In this document: in pieces, positions 1-12,087 of the stretch
Numbering within the stretch: position 1 is the stretch's first letter
Layout of the letters: every line of letters begins with the position of its first letter
Assembly (NCBI GenBank): GCA_036918135.1
Contig: JBALDB010000002.1
Location: forward strand, 239,633 to 303,632
Length of the DNA stretch: 64,000 bases
From: Nostoc sp.
Lineage (GTDB): Bacteria > Cyanobacteriota > Cyanobacteriia > Cyanobacteriales > Nostocaceae
Direction of reading: 5' to 3'
Program-made: the position numbers and the translations under genes
The notes under the pieces: model-generated
The model's input: only the letters and a program-made list of their open reading frames with translations
The model's database searches: none
What the model was told of the DNA's origin: nothing

Positions 1-2244
1 GCGGCAACGCTCTACTGTCCACATGAAAATTGTCAGGCTGCCAACCCCCTGACTCATAAGTTTTGCCAGCGATGTTCCACACCCCTACCGAAAAATTACC
101 TCTGGGCTGTGGTGGATGGTCAGAGTTTAGGTAACCCTGGAAAAATATTAGCCGATCGCTATTTAATTGTTGATAAATTTGTTCTATTAGATACGAAACC
201 TGGTTTATTAACCCTAACACCAGAATTAGAGAATTTACAGATTCCTAAAGCTTACCTGAGACTCATTCCCTACCGCTTACACGTACCGCAAGTATATGGA
301 GTCCTTCGCCTAGTTAATGACTCGTCAGGACAAGACATATTACTTTTAGAAAAACCGCCACTATTGCTTGATGAGAAAACCCAACAAGTGCATCTAGCCC
401 AAACAGCGCTTGCCGCTTGGCGTGATGCTACATCGATGCGCCAGCTCAATTGGTTGTGGCAAATAGCTCATTTATGGCAACCTCTAGCCACTGAAGGTGT
501 CGCTTCTAGCTTGCTTGACTCCTATGTATTACGAGTAGAAGGATCGTTAGTACGTTTGTTGGAATTGCGTTTCGACAAAGCTACATCACCAGAATTGCCC
601 GAATTAGGTAAATTCTGGCAGCAGTTGATTGCTAACGCTAAACCGGCCGTAGCCGAATTTGTCGATCGCATTAGCCTTTCCCTGATCCAGGGAGAGATTC
701 ACTCACCAGAACAATTAATCGCAGTTTTAGATCGCGGACTGGCTGGGTTAGGGCGATCGCAAACACCCACAATTAAAATTATCACTAAAACAGATACTGG
801 CCCAAGTCGCCAACGTAACGAAGACGCCTGTAGCCCACCCAGTGGTACTTTGGTGAGCAAACCGCCCCAGCCCACAGCCTTAGCAATTGTCTGTGACGGT
901 ATCGGCGGACACGAGGGTGGCAATGTGGCATCAAATTTAGCCATTGAAACAATCCAACAGCAGGTACAGCAACTCACCAAAGTTCCCTACGACCACATAG
1001 ACCCCTCATTACTGCTGAATGACTTAGAAAAAGCAGTGGCAATGGCTAATGACAAAATTAGTCAGCGCAATGACGGTGAAAATCGCCAAGGGCGTCAGCG
1101 CATGGGCACAACTTTAGTCATGGCATTGCCTGTGGCTCACGAAATGTACATCACCCACGTAGGTGATAGTCGTGCTTACTGGATTACACGCCAGGGCTGT
1201 TATCAAGTTACCCTAGATGATGATGTTGCTTCGCGGGAAGTGCGGCTGGGTTATGCTATTTACCGCGAGGCTGTGCAACAAAGTTCCGCAGGCTCTCTCG
1301 TCCAAGCTTTGGGGATGGGCCCTAGCACTTCACTGCATCCTACATCTGCACGGTTTATGCTCGATGAAGATGCAGTTTTTCTGCTCACCTCCGATGGTTT
1401 AAGTGATTTCGATCGCGTAGAAGAGTACTGGGAAACAGAAATCTTGCCGATTTTGCTTGGACAGACAAATATCGTCAATGTCGCAGATAGATTAATAGAA
1501 ATCGCTAATACTAAGAATGGACACGATAATGTCACCGTCGCTTTAGTACACTATCAAGTCCAATACTGGGAACCAGAGATCGTTATCAAAGCAGTCATTC
1601 CAGAAAGCTACTCCGCAAAAACTGTTGATTTGGCATCTAAAGGTGCAGATACGTCAGTTTTAAGTAGCCCAAACCACAAAACTCAGGTGATTGAGGAAAA
1701 TCAACCAGCCAAAACTCGTCAATTACCGCTACAGTGGATAGTTCCCTTACTATTTGTACTAGCAGCAGGTTCTGTGGGATTGTTCGTCCAACAATTGCGA
1801 TCGCAATCAGGACTTCCAGTTGTATCATCCAATCCTACGCCAACTCAAAGTCCTATTGCAACTACACAACCACCGCGAACCCTTAATAACCTTGCTCCTG
1901 GCTGGGTAATCCAAACCAACAATCAAATCTCTTTGGGAAACAACCAACTGCTTCCTGCTAAAAGTTTTTTAGAAGTTATCGACACTAAACCAAATCCCAA
2001 ACCTGCATCTGGAGATTTTTCAGTAGTTATGCGAGTTTGTACCAATAAAGGGACGCCAACTCCAGCATCCTCTCAAGCACCATCTCCATCAAATCCTGGA
2101 TTGAACGCCCAAAAAACAGTATCGATTCAATTTCAACAACTCAACCGTTTTGGAGTCTTTGTTTTGCCATCATCCGCACCAAATCCATGTAAAACTGTCA
2201 TCCAACCCCCAGTTACTCAACCACCTGATATCAGTCCAACTTAA
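1..2244 (+). CDS. PP2C-family Ser/Thr protein phosphatase with N-terminal Zn-ribbon, kinase-like middle region and a TM helix (PrpJ-like); 5' end lies before the window
   Basis: Frame is open from base 1 (AATLYCPHENCQAANPLTHKFCQRC). PP2C motifs RQRNEDA, VCDGIGGHEGG, HVGDSRAY, LTSDGLSD, GHDNVT. TM WIVPLLFVLAAGSVGLFV. Context matches the Nostoc prpJ cluster. Confidence 0.9.
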   Translation, partial: AATLYCPHENCQAANPLTHKFCQRCSTPLPKNYLWAVVDGQSLGNPGKILADRYLIVDKFVLLDTKPGLLTLTPELENLQIPKAYLRLIPYRLHVPQVYGVLRLVNDSSGQDILLLEKPPLLLDEKTQQVHLAQTALAAWRDATSMRQLNWLWQIAHLWQPLATEGVASSLLDSYVLRVEGSLVRLLELRFDKATSPELPELGKFWQQLIANAKPAVAEFVDRISLSLIQGEIHSPEQLIAVLDRGLAGLGRSQTPTIKIITKTDTGPSRQRNEDACSPPSGTLVSKPPQPTALAIVCDGIGGHEGGNVASNLAIETIQQQVQQLTKVPYDHIDPSLLLNDLEKAVAMANDKISQRNDGENRQGRQRMGTTLVMALPVAHEMYITHVGDSRAYWITRQGCYQVTLDDDVASREVRLGYAIYREAVQQSSAGSLVQALGMGPSTSLHPTSARFMLDEDAVFLLTSDGLSDFDRVEEYWETEILPILLGQTNIVNVADRLIEIANTKNGHDNVTVALVHYQVQYWEPEIVIKAVIPESYSAKTVDLASKGADTSVLSSPNHKTQVIEENQPAKTRQLPLQWIVPLLFVLAAGSVGLFVQQLRSQSGLPVVSSNPTPTQSPIATTQPPRTLNNLAPGWVIQTNNQISLGNNQLLPAKSFLEVIDTKPNPKPASGDFSVVMRVCTNKGTPTPASSQAPSPSNPGLNAQKTVSIQFQQLNRFGVFVLPSSAPNPCKTVIQPPVTQPPDISPT

Positions 2245-2391
2245 TCAAATAATCGATAAACTAGTAAAAACCTGGAATAATAACAGGTAACAACCAGAGT
2301 CAAAAACTGACAAGGTAAAAAAGTCAAAATTTTACCTTAGAGAACTGTTATTTGAAATTATTTATTTTTAGCTTTTAGTTTTATAGAATCC

Positions 2392-3972
2392 ATGCCATCC
2401 CTGAATTTGGCGATCGCCCGTCTCATAAATACTGGCACTGACAACTTCGCCATTTGGGTGGTCAAGGCTCCCTATCCCAGTGGCTATGTTTTACGTGACT
2501 GTATGTGGCCTGTTGAACTCACCCAAGTGTGGCAAGAATGGCAGCAGATGTTTGCTGGTCATAGTCGTTTAGATCTTCCCCCAAACTCAACACCTCAAAA
2601 TAGCAACCCATTGCCCATTGATGCTATTTCATTGCCTTCAGGTCAGACCACTGGCCCTTACAGCAGTCGTTTGATGCAATACTTAGGAATGAATTTATGG
2701 CGTTGGGTATTCGATGGACAAATTCTCAGTAGTCTAGAACGCAGTCGTGGCATTGCTATGGGTCAGCATACACGCTTGCGCTTTCGATTAGAAATTCGCG
2801 ACCCAGATCTGATTGCTCTACCTTGGGAAATTATGCAGCGCGAGCCTGGTCAATCGGCTATGTCCCTTTCCCAAGATTTGCTATTTAGTCGCACCAGCAG
2901 TGAAGTCGATCCCTTACCATATTTACGAACTGACCAGGCTTTAAATATCCTGTTGGTTTTAGGTCATGATGACAACCTGCAATTAGAACAAGAAGCGCTA
3001 ATTTTACAGCAAACTCTTGTTGATACCCCAGTGGATAGTAATTCCCAAAGATATGCACACTGCATGGTCAATCAACTCCTACAACCAACTCCAGAGGAGT
3101 TGATTCAAGAACTAGAAACCAAAGCATATAATGTTTTCTTTTATGCTGGTCATGGTTTGCCAGACCCAGACGGGGGATTACTGTTTTTGCGGCCAGACAT
3201 GACACTTAACGGTATAGAATTAGCTCAAGCATTGACCCGTACAGGTGTGAAGCTAGCAGTTTTTAACGCCTGTTGGGGGGCGCAACCAGCTGCTAGCAAT
3301 CATCAAGCGATACCTGCCAGCAGTTTGGCAGAAGTATTAATTAGGCATGGTCTACCAGCGGTTTTGGGGATGCGTGATGAAATCGCCGATCGCGAAAGCC
3401 ATAGTTTTATTCAAGCTTTTGCTGAAGCTTTGCGATTGTATCAGCCAATTGATGAAGCTGTGACCCTAGCTAGAAAAGAATTATTAACGCTGTATAGATT
3501 CAATCAACCTGCATGGACTTTGCCCGTTCTTTATTTACACCCAGATTTTGATGGCGAACTGATTAAGAACCTAGATGAAGGAATTACCGAATTACCAGAC
3601 ACAGCCATTCCCGATCTAGATTCGGTGGTTCCTAGTGCAAGTTTGCGATCGCTCTCTTCAAAAGATAAAACCTGGTTATTGCGTTATGGAGTCACTCGCA
3701 TCGGTCGCACTAAAGATAATGATATTGTCATTCCCGAACCGTCGGTTTCTAAACGCCACGCTGAAATCTTCTGCCGCAATACTTTGACTGATGCTACACT
3801 GGTGCGAACTTATTATTTGCAAGATTTTTCTACCTACGGGACAACGTGGTTTTTAAGCCCTAATGGCTGGCAACAAATCCTCCGAGAGGAAGTCCCCTTG
3901 AAATCGGGTATGCAGTTAAAGTTTGGAAGTGCTAGAGGTGAAACTTGGGAGTTTATTATTGAAGACTCCTAG
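2392..3972 (+). CDS. CHAT (caspase-like) domain protein with C-terminal FHA domain
   Basis: LPWE, FFYAGHG and VFNACWG CHAT motifs; IGRTKDNDIVIPEPSVSKRHA FHA motif. Confidence 0.85.
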   Translation: MPSLNLAIARLINTGTDNFAIWVVKAPYPSGYVLRDCMWPVELTQVWQEWQQMFAGHSRLDLPPNSTPQNSNPLPIDAISLPSGQTTGPYSSRLMQYLGMNLWRWVFDGQILSSLERSRGIAMGQHTRLRFRLEIRDPDLIALPWEIMQREPGQSAMSLSQDLLFSRTSSEVDPLPYLRTDQALNILLVLGHDDNLQLEQEALILQQTLVDTPVDSNSQRYAHCMVNQLLQPTPEELIQELETKAYNVFFYAGHGLPDPDGGLLFLRPDMTLNGIELAQALTRTGVKLAVFNACWGAQPAASNHQAIPASSLAEVLIRHGLPAVLGMRDEIADRESHSFIQAFAEALRLYQPIDEAVTLARKELLTLYRFNQPAWTLPVLYLHPDFDGELIKNLDEGITELPDTAIPDLDSVVPSASLRSLSSKDKTWLLRYGVTRIGRTKDNDIVIPEPSVSKRHAEIFCRNTLTDATLVRTYYLQDFSTYGTTWFLSPNGWQQILREEVPLKSGMQLKFGSARGETWEFIIEDS

Positions 3973-4116
3973 CAGAGCTATTGTAAAATTCTATTTTGGT
4001 CTTTAGTATCAATTTTGAAAATCTGTTTTTACTTTAGAGAAAATCAACTTTTTTGCGGAAATCTCTTCTGGGCGGTTGTAGCTGTCAATACTACCAAATA
4101 ATTGTGAGGCAAAAAA

Positions 4117-4764
4117 ATGACTAATAAAATTAATGGCTCAGACGCTTTTTCTTCTTTCGAGTCTCAAGTAGATTTAGAATTTTTAGAAGCCTTGCTAGAA
4201 CCAGACGATGCTACTTATCCTTGGAATCCGGCTGATGAAGAGTCAGAAGCTTATTTTCAAGAATTAGAACAAGACTTCGGGATGCAAGATTTAATAGATG
4301 GAGAACTGACAAGGCGATCGCAAGATTTTTATAACCATCTAGACACACTTTGGTCTGGTGTCTCATTTAATGAAAGCCATAATCACCATCCACAACAGTC
4401 TCTAGTTCTTAATCTCCAAGAGACATTGCGTAATACTTTTTGTAGTTGCGTTCCCCAAACATTACTTAACACCATTGCTGCCAAAGCTGCTGAGATATTT
4501 TCTCCTCAGCAATTTCGGGGCGAGCAACTTGTTGAGTGCGTTCAAACAGTACTACCAACTTGGGGAGCAGAGGATCTTTTAGTCTTAGCTCGTCCTTTTG
4601 CTTATGCTATGCGAAGTAGTGAATCACACAACCAGACACCTACCATTAGTAACATTAATGATAGTGAGTGGACAGCTTTATCAGAGATAGAGCAAGCCAA
4701 GGTCAGTTTGGCGATTGCTTATTACGCTTTGACTCAACTTGATAAATACAAGTCCGAATCGTAA
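4117..4764 (+). CDS. Conserved cyanobacterial hypothetical protein
   Basis: 215-aa ORF co-oriented with the PP2C/CHAT genes; YPWNP and LARPFAYAMR motifs. Confidence 0.7.
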   Translation: MTNKINGSDAFSSFESQVDLEFLEALLEPDDATYPWNPADEESEAYFQELEQDFGMQDLIDGELTRRSQDFYNHLDTLWSGVSFNESHNHHPQQSLVLNLQETLRNTFCSCVPQTLLNTIAAKAAEIFSPQQFRGEQLVECVQTVLPTWGAEDLLVLARPFAYAMRSSESHNQTPTISNINDSEWTALSEIEQAKVSLAIAYYALTQLDKYKSES

Positions 4765-5151
4765 TTTCAGTTTGCTATTTCTGTTTAGAGAAATTAAATT
4801 TTTCTGACAGGTAAATTTATCTGCTAGTATTGTGTTGCCTTTTAAACACTCCCAGACTTTTAGTTTTATAAGTATAAGAATACTAACTTAGAGTAAGCAT
4901 AGGCTAATTAGAGAATTAAACCATCTATCCCAAGACATACATATTTAATAGTGATTAGGAATTGGGAATTGGGCATTGCCAATGCTAAGTTAGGAGTTAT
5001 TCTCCCTCATCTCCCGGTTGGTAAACGACTTGCCGTGACTTGTACCGAGCAAAGCCGAGGTAGCGTAGTCGTACCCCTGCTTTTAAGCAAGCTAGTAAGA
5101 GCGTTCCGTAGGGAAGGGAGTCGAACCACATCCCCCCATTCCCCCGATCCG

Positions 5152-6534
5152 TTATTTGGGACCAAGAAATCGGGTAGCAAAGTTTTGCGATCGCGTCGGT
5201 GAAAGCGCCCGTGCTTTAAGAATTGCCGCCATCAAAAAGGCGTAAGATAACACTCCAACAATAACTAATAGTAAGGCATTAATCGATCCGGTAGCATTCC
5301 AGAGAGCGTGGAGTGCAGCAGCACTCAGATAACCAATAGAAAGAATTTGCCAGCTTCTACTAGGCTTGAGGACAGCCAAACCGATAAAATAGCCCAAATA
5401 GCCACTGTAAGCCATGTGTCCTGCTACAGAGCCTAAAATTCGCGGAATTAGCAGTTGCAACCCCGCCAGTTGACCAGCAGCGCCGATACCTACTTGTTGT
5501 GTGACATTTTGAGTGATATCCGGCACATATTGACCGAGAGTTTCTAATAAAGTGAAGCCCACAGCAGAAGCCGTTCCCAGGAGGATACCATCTAGAGGTT
5601 CCCAAACACCTACACGTTCTCGCCAAGGTGAAGACAACATTCTCCCGATGGCAAATGCTCCAAGTACAGGTAATGCTTTAAGTAATTCTTCCATCAATCC
5701 AGCACCAAAAAACATCCGTACCAGCAACTCTGTGAAGGTGGTAGATTCTTGGGGTGAGGGCAAGTTTCCAGGCAATAGACCTCGAAACACGAAGATGAAG
5801 AAATCCAACAGCGGACTGAGCAAAATCAGCGTCGTACCCATAGCCGTAGCCATTAGCACCCACCACGGCTTTTGTTTACCGCAAAGTTGATAAACAAAAT
5901 AATAGGCAGCGAAGGCAATGTAAGTGGCGACGATCACTTGATTCGCTTGGGGACGACCGACTGTAGCAAACATTAGTACTACAAAAATTACAGTCAGTAT
6001 TCCTGGTACGAGGTATGCTTTGCGAGTTAAATCTTTACCAGTGGAAATAATCGGAAAAAGCTGAGTGAAGCTAACAGAATCAGGCTGCTTTAATTGCGTG
6101 TGGTTGTGGTAGTTCGTTGCTGAAGGCAGTGGTGTCAGTTGGTTAACAGTTGTCACCGGAGCTTGAGAGGTCAACTCGTACTCAAAAACGTATTGCGGCC
6201 CATCAGAACCTAAAGAAATGCGATCGCCTGGGTGCAATTCTTGACATTCATACAAGCGTTGTCCATTCAAATAAGTGCCATTAGCACTATTCAAATCACA
6301 AAGTACCCAGCTAAATTTGCTATCTGGAGATAAAGACAGGGGGCGAACCACCGCATGACGACGAGATACCATTCGGTACGTCATGGCATCCAAGACAACT
6401 TGGCAGCTGGGGTCGCGTCCAATTACTATCTCTTTACTGGGGGACAGCCAGAAGCGAGACTCCGCTCCCAAAGCTGCTCCATTTCCAGACACTAGCCGCA
6501 GAAATGCATTATGTCTTGCGTTTTTGCCTGTCAT
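5152..6534 (-). CDS. FHA domain + PrsW-family intramembrane protease
   Basis: IGRDPSCQ..VSRRHA..DLNSANGTYLNG (FHA); EELLK, FTLLE and HALWN PrsW motifs; multiple TM segments. Confidence 0.85.
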   Translation of the reverse strand: MTGKNARHNAFLRLVSGNGAALGAESRFWLSPSKEIVIGRDPSCQVVLDAMTYRMVSRRHAVVRPLSLSPDSKFSWVLCDLNSANGTYLNGQRLYECQELHPGDRISLGSDGPQYVFEYELTSQAPVTTVNQLTPLPSATNYHNHTQLKQPDSVSFTQLFPIISTGKDLTRKAYLVPGILTVIFVVLMFATVGRPQANQVIVATYIAFAAYYFVYQLCGKQKPWWVLMATAMGTTLILLSPLLDFFIFVFRGLLPGNLPSPQESTTFTELLVRMFFGAGLMEELLKALPVLGAFAIGRMLSSPWRERVGVWEPLDGILLGTASAVGFTLLETLGQYVPDITQNVTQQVGIGAAGQLAGLQLLIPRILGSVAGHMAYSGYLGYFIGLAVLKPSRSWQILSIGYLSAAALHALWNATGSINALLLVIVGVLSYAFLMAAILKARALSPTRSQNFATRFLGPK

Positions 6535-7184
6535 TGAGTTAGAGTGCGTTTCTAAACTGATTCTTTAAATAATTTGGTAGCAGGACTAACCTTAGCCACA
6601 TCAACAGCAGCATTGCTAAATCCACTATAGCTTCACTTACTGCTAATAAATTTAAATTTCTAGATGCAAAATTTCAAATTTTTTCATTTATCTAAATGTT
6701 AATAAGTATTTCATCCACTCAGGCTTTCTCCTAAAACTTGGTTATTAGGTGGATAAATTGAGATTTTATGGGTTATCTACTCTTGACATCCTAGCTGCAA
6801 ATTCAATCCACCGCAATGTATTAAAAAAGTAGTTTTTACTGCATTTAGTTTCATGCAAAAAAGATATGATTGCCAGTTATCTATTGTTAGTTATTTTTGC
6901 CACTAGTACTACAATGCAAAAGTCAAAACTCAAAAGTCAAAAGTCTTATGGACTGGGCTTTTTAGGGATTTTTAATGATTGCTCATCTCGCAAAGTTATG
7001 AGCGGGGGGAACCGCCGCTCAACGCCACAAGATTCTGACGCAGGGCGCTGAGGTAGCAGTGGCTCAACTTTGCGCTATTTACGCCGTGACGTACTAGTGA
7101 TTGACTAAGCTTTGCGGTAGGGGAGTAGGGAGTAGTGGAAGAAACTGCCCCAAAGATTGAATTAAAAGATTTCTTATCTTGTCT

Positions 7185-7787
7185 TTAAACAACTTTAGCT
7201 AATTCTGGGTGTTCAATCTTTGTTCCCAGTACTCTGAGGAATTCTGCCAGCCAACGCGGATGAGCAGGCCAAGCTGGTGCTGTCACCAAGTTACCGTCAA
7301 CTATGGCTTCATCAACAGGGATATCAATATAAATGCCTCCAGCACTCTTGATATCTGGGCTACAAGCAGGGTAACCAGTACATCTTTTACCTTGTAATAC
7401 ATCAGCAGCTGCCAATAACTGCAAGCCGTGGCAAATAGCAGCAATAGGTTTATTCGCTTGAGCAAAGTGACGGGTAACTTCTAACACCTGCTGATTGAGA
7501 CGGATATATTCTGGTGCCCGTCCTCCAGGAATTACTAAGGCATCATAATTTTCGGCTTTTACTTCTGTAAAGGTAGCATTTAAAGTAAAATTATGCCCAG
7601 GTTTTTCACTGTAAGTTTGGTCTCCTTCAAAGTCGTGAACTGCTGTTCGCACCTTGTCGCCAGCTTTTTTATTGGGGCAAACTGCATGAACAGTGTGTCC
7701 CACCATTTGCAACGCCTGGAAAGGAACCATTACTTCATAGTCTTCTACATAGTCCCCAACCAGCATTAAAAGTTTCTTTGCAGCCAT
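7185..7787 (-). CDS. DJ-1/PfpI family protein
   Basis: [13 protein letters not shown] and AICHG nucleophile elbow. Confidence 0.9.
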   Translation of the reverse strand: MAAKKLLMLVGDYVEDYEVMVPFQALQMVGHTVHAVCPNKKAGDKVRTAVHDFEGDQTYSEKPGHNFTLNATFTEVKAENYDALVIPGGRAPEYIRLNQQVLEVTRHFAQANKPIAAICHGLQLLAAADVLQGKRCTGYPACSPDIKSAGGIYIDIPVDEAIVDGNLVTAPAWPAHPRWLAEFLRVLGTKIEHPELAKVV

Positions 7788-8180
7788 GTTTTTAGTATCC
7801 TCAGTTATTAGTTATTTATCATTTGTCATGGGTCATTTGTCATTTGTAATTGGGTATAGGGCATGGGGCATTGATTGTTAAGTTAAGACTTATTAATTTA
7901 ACGAACGATAAAAGACAAAGAACAAATGACGAATGACAAAGGACTAATGACAGTCTTGACGCCAAAATGTAGCAACCTAGACGCGCGTCGGCTAACGCGC
8001 TTGTGGGTAAATTTATCGATATATTACAGCACTAACTGTGCCATAATGGACTATTTTAAGGCTGCGAGTTAACAAAGTTTAACCCATTCTTGTATACTAT
8101 TTGCTGGTTAGTGAAAGGCAACGGGTTTTTTGACAAAGGGCAAGAGAAACTATTGCCTATTACCCATTAATAGCCTCAAG

Positions 8181-8307
8181 TATATAGCAGTCCTAAATCA
8201 TTTGTGAAACCTTGCTGCTGTTGGTTGTTGAGTTTTAACAATTAACACTCAACAACCAACAGCCCCTACCGATCCTTTTTACTTTCTCCTGCAAGGATTG
8301 CTATATA
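8181..8307. mobile_element. MITE-like element with terminal inverted repeats TATAGCAGTCCT / AGGATTGCTATA
   Basis: Inverted termini around ~125 bp of non-coding DNA; related termini recur near 11960-11988, 16108-16178 and 50207-50303. Confidence 0.5.
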
Positions 8308-8325
8308 ACTAGTAACTGAGCTTAA

Positions 8326-8778
8326 TTAAAGCAGATTAAATTCTGCGATCGCTGTGGGAAAATTTTTGTTTTCATGGGCTGAACGACTAAGTTTGATTAA
8401 GGCAAAACGCTGTAATGGTCTTAAAACTGCCCATTTTTGCTGTGTTAGGACTACTCCTATTTCTTGAGCTTTTTCCTGGACGCTGGGTGGTACATTGGCA
8501 GAGTCCAGCCATGCAGGATGGGATTCTATAGGCAATTTGGCAACTGCTATGCCTGTACGTTGTAAAATCAACTGCTCGATATATTCGCGGTAAGACTGAA
8601 TTTCGGTTTCTGTAGTGCAAGGTAATTCGACTAAAGCTTGACGCTCTTTTGTAGTCATTTGATTCCAATCAAACAGTTTTAGCTTAATGCCACAGGTATC
8701 TAATTTGCAGCGCACCTGCATCGGAATACAGCGCAGCGAATCAACAAAATCTGCTTCAAATTCAAAGAAATCTGTCAT
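8326..8778 (-). CDS. narM: Nitrate reductase-associated protein NarM
   Basis: FEFEADFVDSLRCIPMQVRCKLD and LQRFALIKLSR signature; lies downstream of narB. Confidence 0.85.
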   Translation of the reverse strand: MTDFFEFEADFVDSLRCIPMQVRCKLDTCGIKLKLFDWNQMTTKERQALVELPCTTETEIQSYREYIEQLILQRTGIAVAKLPIESHPAWLDSANVPPSVQEKAQEIGVVLTQQKWAVLRPLQRFALIKLSRSAHENKNFPTAIAEFNLL

Positions 8779-8927
8779 AGGAAATTATTGAAAATTAGGT
8801 CGTTATGATGTTGGCTGAATAACTTAAAATTTATAGGTAAGGGTGGGCAGTGTTGAGTAGAAAATAGCGAGTGGGAAAAGATTTTTATCAATGGACAACA
8901 GGTTATTAAGTCTGTTATTTAACATTT

Positions 8928-9386
8928 TTATTTAGAAGTACTGAAACGAATTATTAAATAACTAATTGATAAGGCAAGAATAGCAATACCTAAACCAATT
9001 ATATCAAGTCCTGGAACTTTTTCTAAGTCAAGAATAATAATTTTTCTGGCAACAGCAATTAAAGAGGTAACAATAACTAATTCAACTTGAATAACGTGTT
9101 TTCGCAAATAACCTGTGATGTTTTCTAAAATCTCTAAAGCAATTAAAATATTTAAAAATAAACCAAATATTTTATATAATGTTGTGTTAAATTTGCCATA
9201 AGGTATTGTAAATAATTCTTTATATAAAAAAAATCCTAAATCGCCGATCCCCACTAAAATTACAATTACCATTAAAATAGATAGAACTTTAGAAACCAGC
9301 ACTTCTACGTTTTCAATCATGTGCATGAAGTTCTGGTCTTTGGTAGATCCTAAAATTAACTTTACTAGCCTTTTCATGTCCTGCAC
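8928..9386 (-). CDS. PsiE-like (phosphate-starvation-inducible E family) membrane protein
   Basis: Four TM segments; LIALEILENI and TSLIAVARKIIILD motifs. Confidence 0.75.
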   Translation of the reverse strand: MQDMKRLVKLILGSTKDQNFMHMIENVEVLVSKVLSILMVIVILVGIGDLGFFLYKELFTIPYGKFNTTLYKIFGLFLNILIALEILENITGYLRKHVIQVELVIVTSLIAVARKIIILDLEKVPGLDIIGLGIAILALSISYLIIRFSTSK

Positions 9387-9679
9387 CTGATTCTAAAATA
9401 AAATCCCATAGATATAAAAATCTAGAGGATTAAAAAAGATGACTGATTAATAGTCTTCAATTAGTGGCGGGTTTGAATCCCCCCACTAAAAGATTGCTGG
9501 ATTCACCAATTCTGACTTGTGAATTCTTCTTCAACAAAATTTTACCTCCTTAGATATAGTAATTGGTAACAGTCACCAGTTGAGATACGTAAAAAATAAT
9601 GATAACTATTGACTATTGATTATTGATTAAATTACCTATTGCTGACTACCAATTACTGATTGAAACTTAGACTTAGCAG

Positions 9680-11893
9680 CTAGTGTTGTGAGGATTGGAG
9701 TTGATAATTTTCAACTGTAACTTCCACAGAAATTGGTATTAATTGCACCGCACAGGCTTTTAATTCTGGTTGTAGGGAATCAGGGCAAGATTCGGGATGG
9801 GTGAGGGCATTAGCTTCGGCATTATCTGCCCACAAAGAACCCCAGTGCATGGGGACAAAAACTGTACCAGGTGCGATCGCCTTTGTCACTTTAGCAGCAA
9901 ACTTAGCTTTACCTCGACGCGATCGCACTTCTACACACTGATTATCTACAATGCCTAAGCGAGCAGCATCACGCGGATGAATTTCGATAAATGGTTCGGG
10001 ATGCATTTTGCAAATTTTTTCAATCCGCCCAGTGCGTGTCTGAGTGTGCCAATGACCGTAAACTCGTCCAGTAGTTAATACAAAAGGATAATCAGGGTTT
10101 GGTGGTTCTGCCAATCCCTTGGAGTAATATGCCCCAAATCTAGCGCGTCCGTCAGGAGTGTGGAAGCGCAAGTTAGTGTATAACCGCTTTCCAAAGGTTT
10201 CTCCCCCTGCTTCCCCTGCTCCTCTGCTCCCCCTGCTCTCTTCCAGGTGAGGCCATTGAGTCGGGCCTTGTGCTTGTAATTGTGCGTGACTAATACCCGT
10301 CATCTCGCACGGGCGATTTTTAGTTAGTTGGGCAAACTCAGCGTAAACCTCAGCCGAGTTAGCAAAGTTAAATTCTCTTGCAAAACCGAGTCGGCGACCA
10401 ACTTCAGCAAAAATTTCCCAATCTGCTTTCGCTTCTAGTGGCGGTTGACGGAAGGCTTGACATAGAGTCACCGTTCGTTCGGAGTTAGTCATCACACCAG
10501 TTTTTTCGCCCCATTGGGCTGCTGGTAGCAGAAGATGGGCATAGGCAGAGGTTTCTGTGGGATAATAAGCGTCTTGGTAGATGGTAAAAGGCGATCGCAA
10601 CAATGCCTTCTTCGTCCGCTCTAAATCTGGCATACTCACAGCCGGATTAGTCGCAGCAATCCATAGTAAGCTTACAGCATTGTTTTCCAGCCCAGTAATC
10701 ATTTCCCAAGCATTCAAACCAGGATGGGGCGAAATCTGTCCTGGTTTGAGTCCCCAAAACTCCTCAACTTCTGCACGGTGCTGGGGATTCTTTATTACCC
10801 GATAACCCGGTAATAGATGTGCCAAACCCCCAGCTTCCCGTCCTCCCATCGCGTTTGGCTGACCAGTGAGTGAAAAAGGCCCAGCCCCAGGTTTACCAAC
10901 TTGTCCGGTCATCAGGTGCAGGTTAATGATGGTTCTCACCTTAGCCGTTCCTTCGGAGGATTGATTTACACCCATTGACCACAACGACAACACCCGTTGT
11001 GATTGACCCCAATAACGAGCTGCTGTTTCTAAATCTTCAATACTAATCCCACATTCACGAGCTACCACTTCTGGGGGATAATGACGAATTACCTCAGCGT
11101 ATGCCGGAAAGTTACTGGTACACTCGTCCATAAACAACGTATCAACGTAGTTCCAACGCATCAACAAATGAGCGATACCGTTCAATAAGTCGATATCTGT
11201 ACCTGGACGAATCGCTAAATGCAAATCTGCGGCTTCTGCGGTTGGTGTGCGACGGGGATCGACCACAATCATTTTCACTTTGCGGTTCTTTTTGTGATAT
11301 TTTGCCAGTCGGTTGAAAACGATTGGGTGACATTCAGCTGTATTGGTGCCAATCAAAAATGCACAGTCGGTCAACTCCAAGTCTTCGTAACAGCAAGGAG
11401 GGCCATCTGAGCCAAAGCTTTGAATATATCCAGCCACAGCGCTAGACATACATAAACGGGAGTTTGCATCAAAATTATTGCTACCCAAACACCCTTTGAT
11501 GAATTTCTGGGCTATGTAATAATCCTCGGTTTGGAACTGACCAGAACCATACATACATATAGCTTCTGGCCCTTGAGTGAAACGCACAGTTTGAAGGCGT
11601 TGGGTGATGAGATCGAAAGCTTCATCCCAACTAATGCGCCGAAACTCTTGATCTAAGGAGTCTCGTACCATTGGGTAATGTAATCTATTTTTATCTAAAG
11701 ATTCGGCGATCGTTGCGCCTTTGACACAAACCATACCCTGACTCGATGGATGAGTTTTATCGCCCCGTACCCGCCAAATTGGATTTCCTTGGTTATCTCG
11801 ATTGGTTGCTTTGCCAAGTTGGGCTGGGGGCGAAACTTCTAGTCCACAACCGACACCACAGTAAGGACAAAGGGTTTTGGTAAATTCACTCAT
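9680..11893 (-). CDS. narB: Ferredoxin-nitrate reductase (Mo-bisPGD)
   Basis: [12 protein letters not shown] Fe-S motif, [19 protein letters not shown]; nir operon context. Confidence 0.96.
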   Translation of the reverse strand: MSEFTKTLCPYCGVGCGLEVSPPAQLGKATNRDNQGNPIWRVRGDKTHPSSQGMVCVKGATIAESLDKNRLHYPMVRDSLDQEFRRISWDEAFDLITQRLQTVRFTQGPEAICMYGSGQFQTEDYYIAQKFIKGCLGSNNFDANSRLCMSSAVAGYIQSFGSDGPPCCYEDLELTDCAFLIGTNTAECHPIVFNRLAKYHKKNRKVKMIVVDPRRTPTAEAADLHLAIRPGTDIDLLNGIAHLLMRWNYVDTLFMDECTSNFPAYAEVIRHYPPEVVARECGISIEDLETAARYWGQSQRVLSLWSMGVNQSSEGTAKVRTIINLHLMTGQVGKPGAGPFSLTGQPNAMGGREAGGLAHLLPGYRVIKNPQHRAEVEEFWGLKPGQISPHPGLNAWEMITGLENNAVSLLWIAATNPAVSMPDLERTKKALLRSPFTIYQDAYYPTETSAYAHLLLPAAQWGEKTGVMTNSERTVTLCQAFRQPPLEAKADWEIFAEVGRRLGFAREFNFANSAEVYAEFAQLTKNRPCEMTGISHAQLQAQGPTQWPHLEESRGSRGAGEAGGETFGKRLYTNLRFHTPDGRARFGAYYSKGLAEPPNPDYPFVLTTGRVYGHWHTQTRTGRIEKICKMHPEPFIEIHPRDAARLGIVDNQCVEVRSRRGKAKFAAKVTKAIAPGTVFVPMHWGSLWADNAEANALTHPESCPDSLQPELKACAVQLIPISVEVTVENYQLQSSQH

Positions 11894-12087
11894 GGTAGTT
11901 GTAGTTTTTTGTTAACTGTTGACTGTTAACAGTTGACAGTCAACAGTCACCACTTGTATTTTTCACAACTCAAATAGGATTGCTATATTGAGTGTTTATA
12001 AATTGAAAATTGCTATTCCTTCTCTGTGCATTTACAGGGCGAACCAAATTCGGATTTTCACTCTGCAATGCTTAATTGATGAATCGA

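Noticed and set aside
4951..5202. 83-aa ORF, and similar ORFs at 6866-7051, 28781-28969 and 54412-54760
   Set aside because: They are made of STRR/short dispersed repeat sequence in intergenic regions and are unlikely to be coding.
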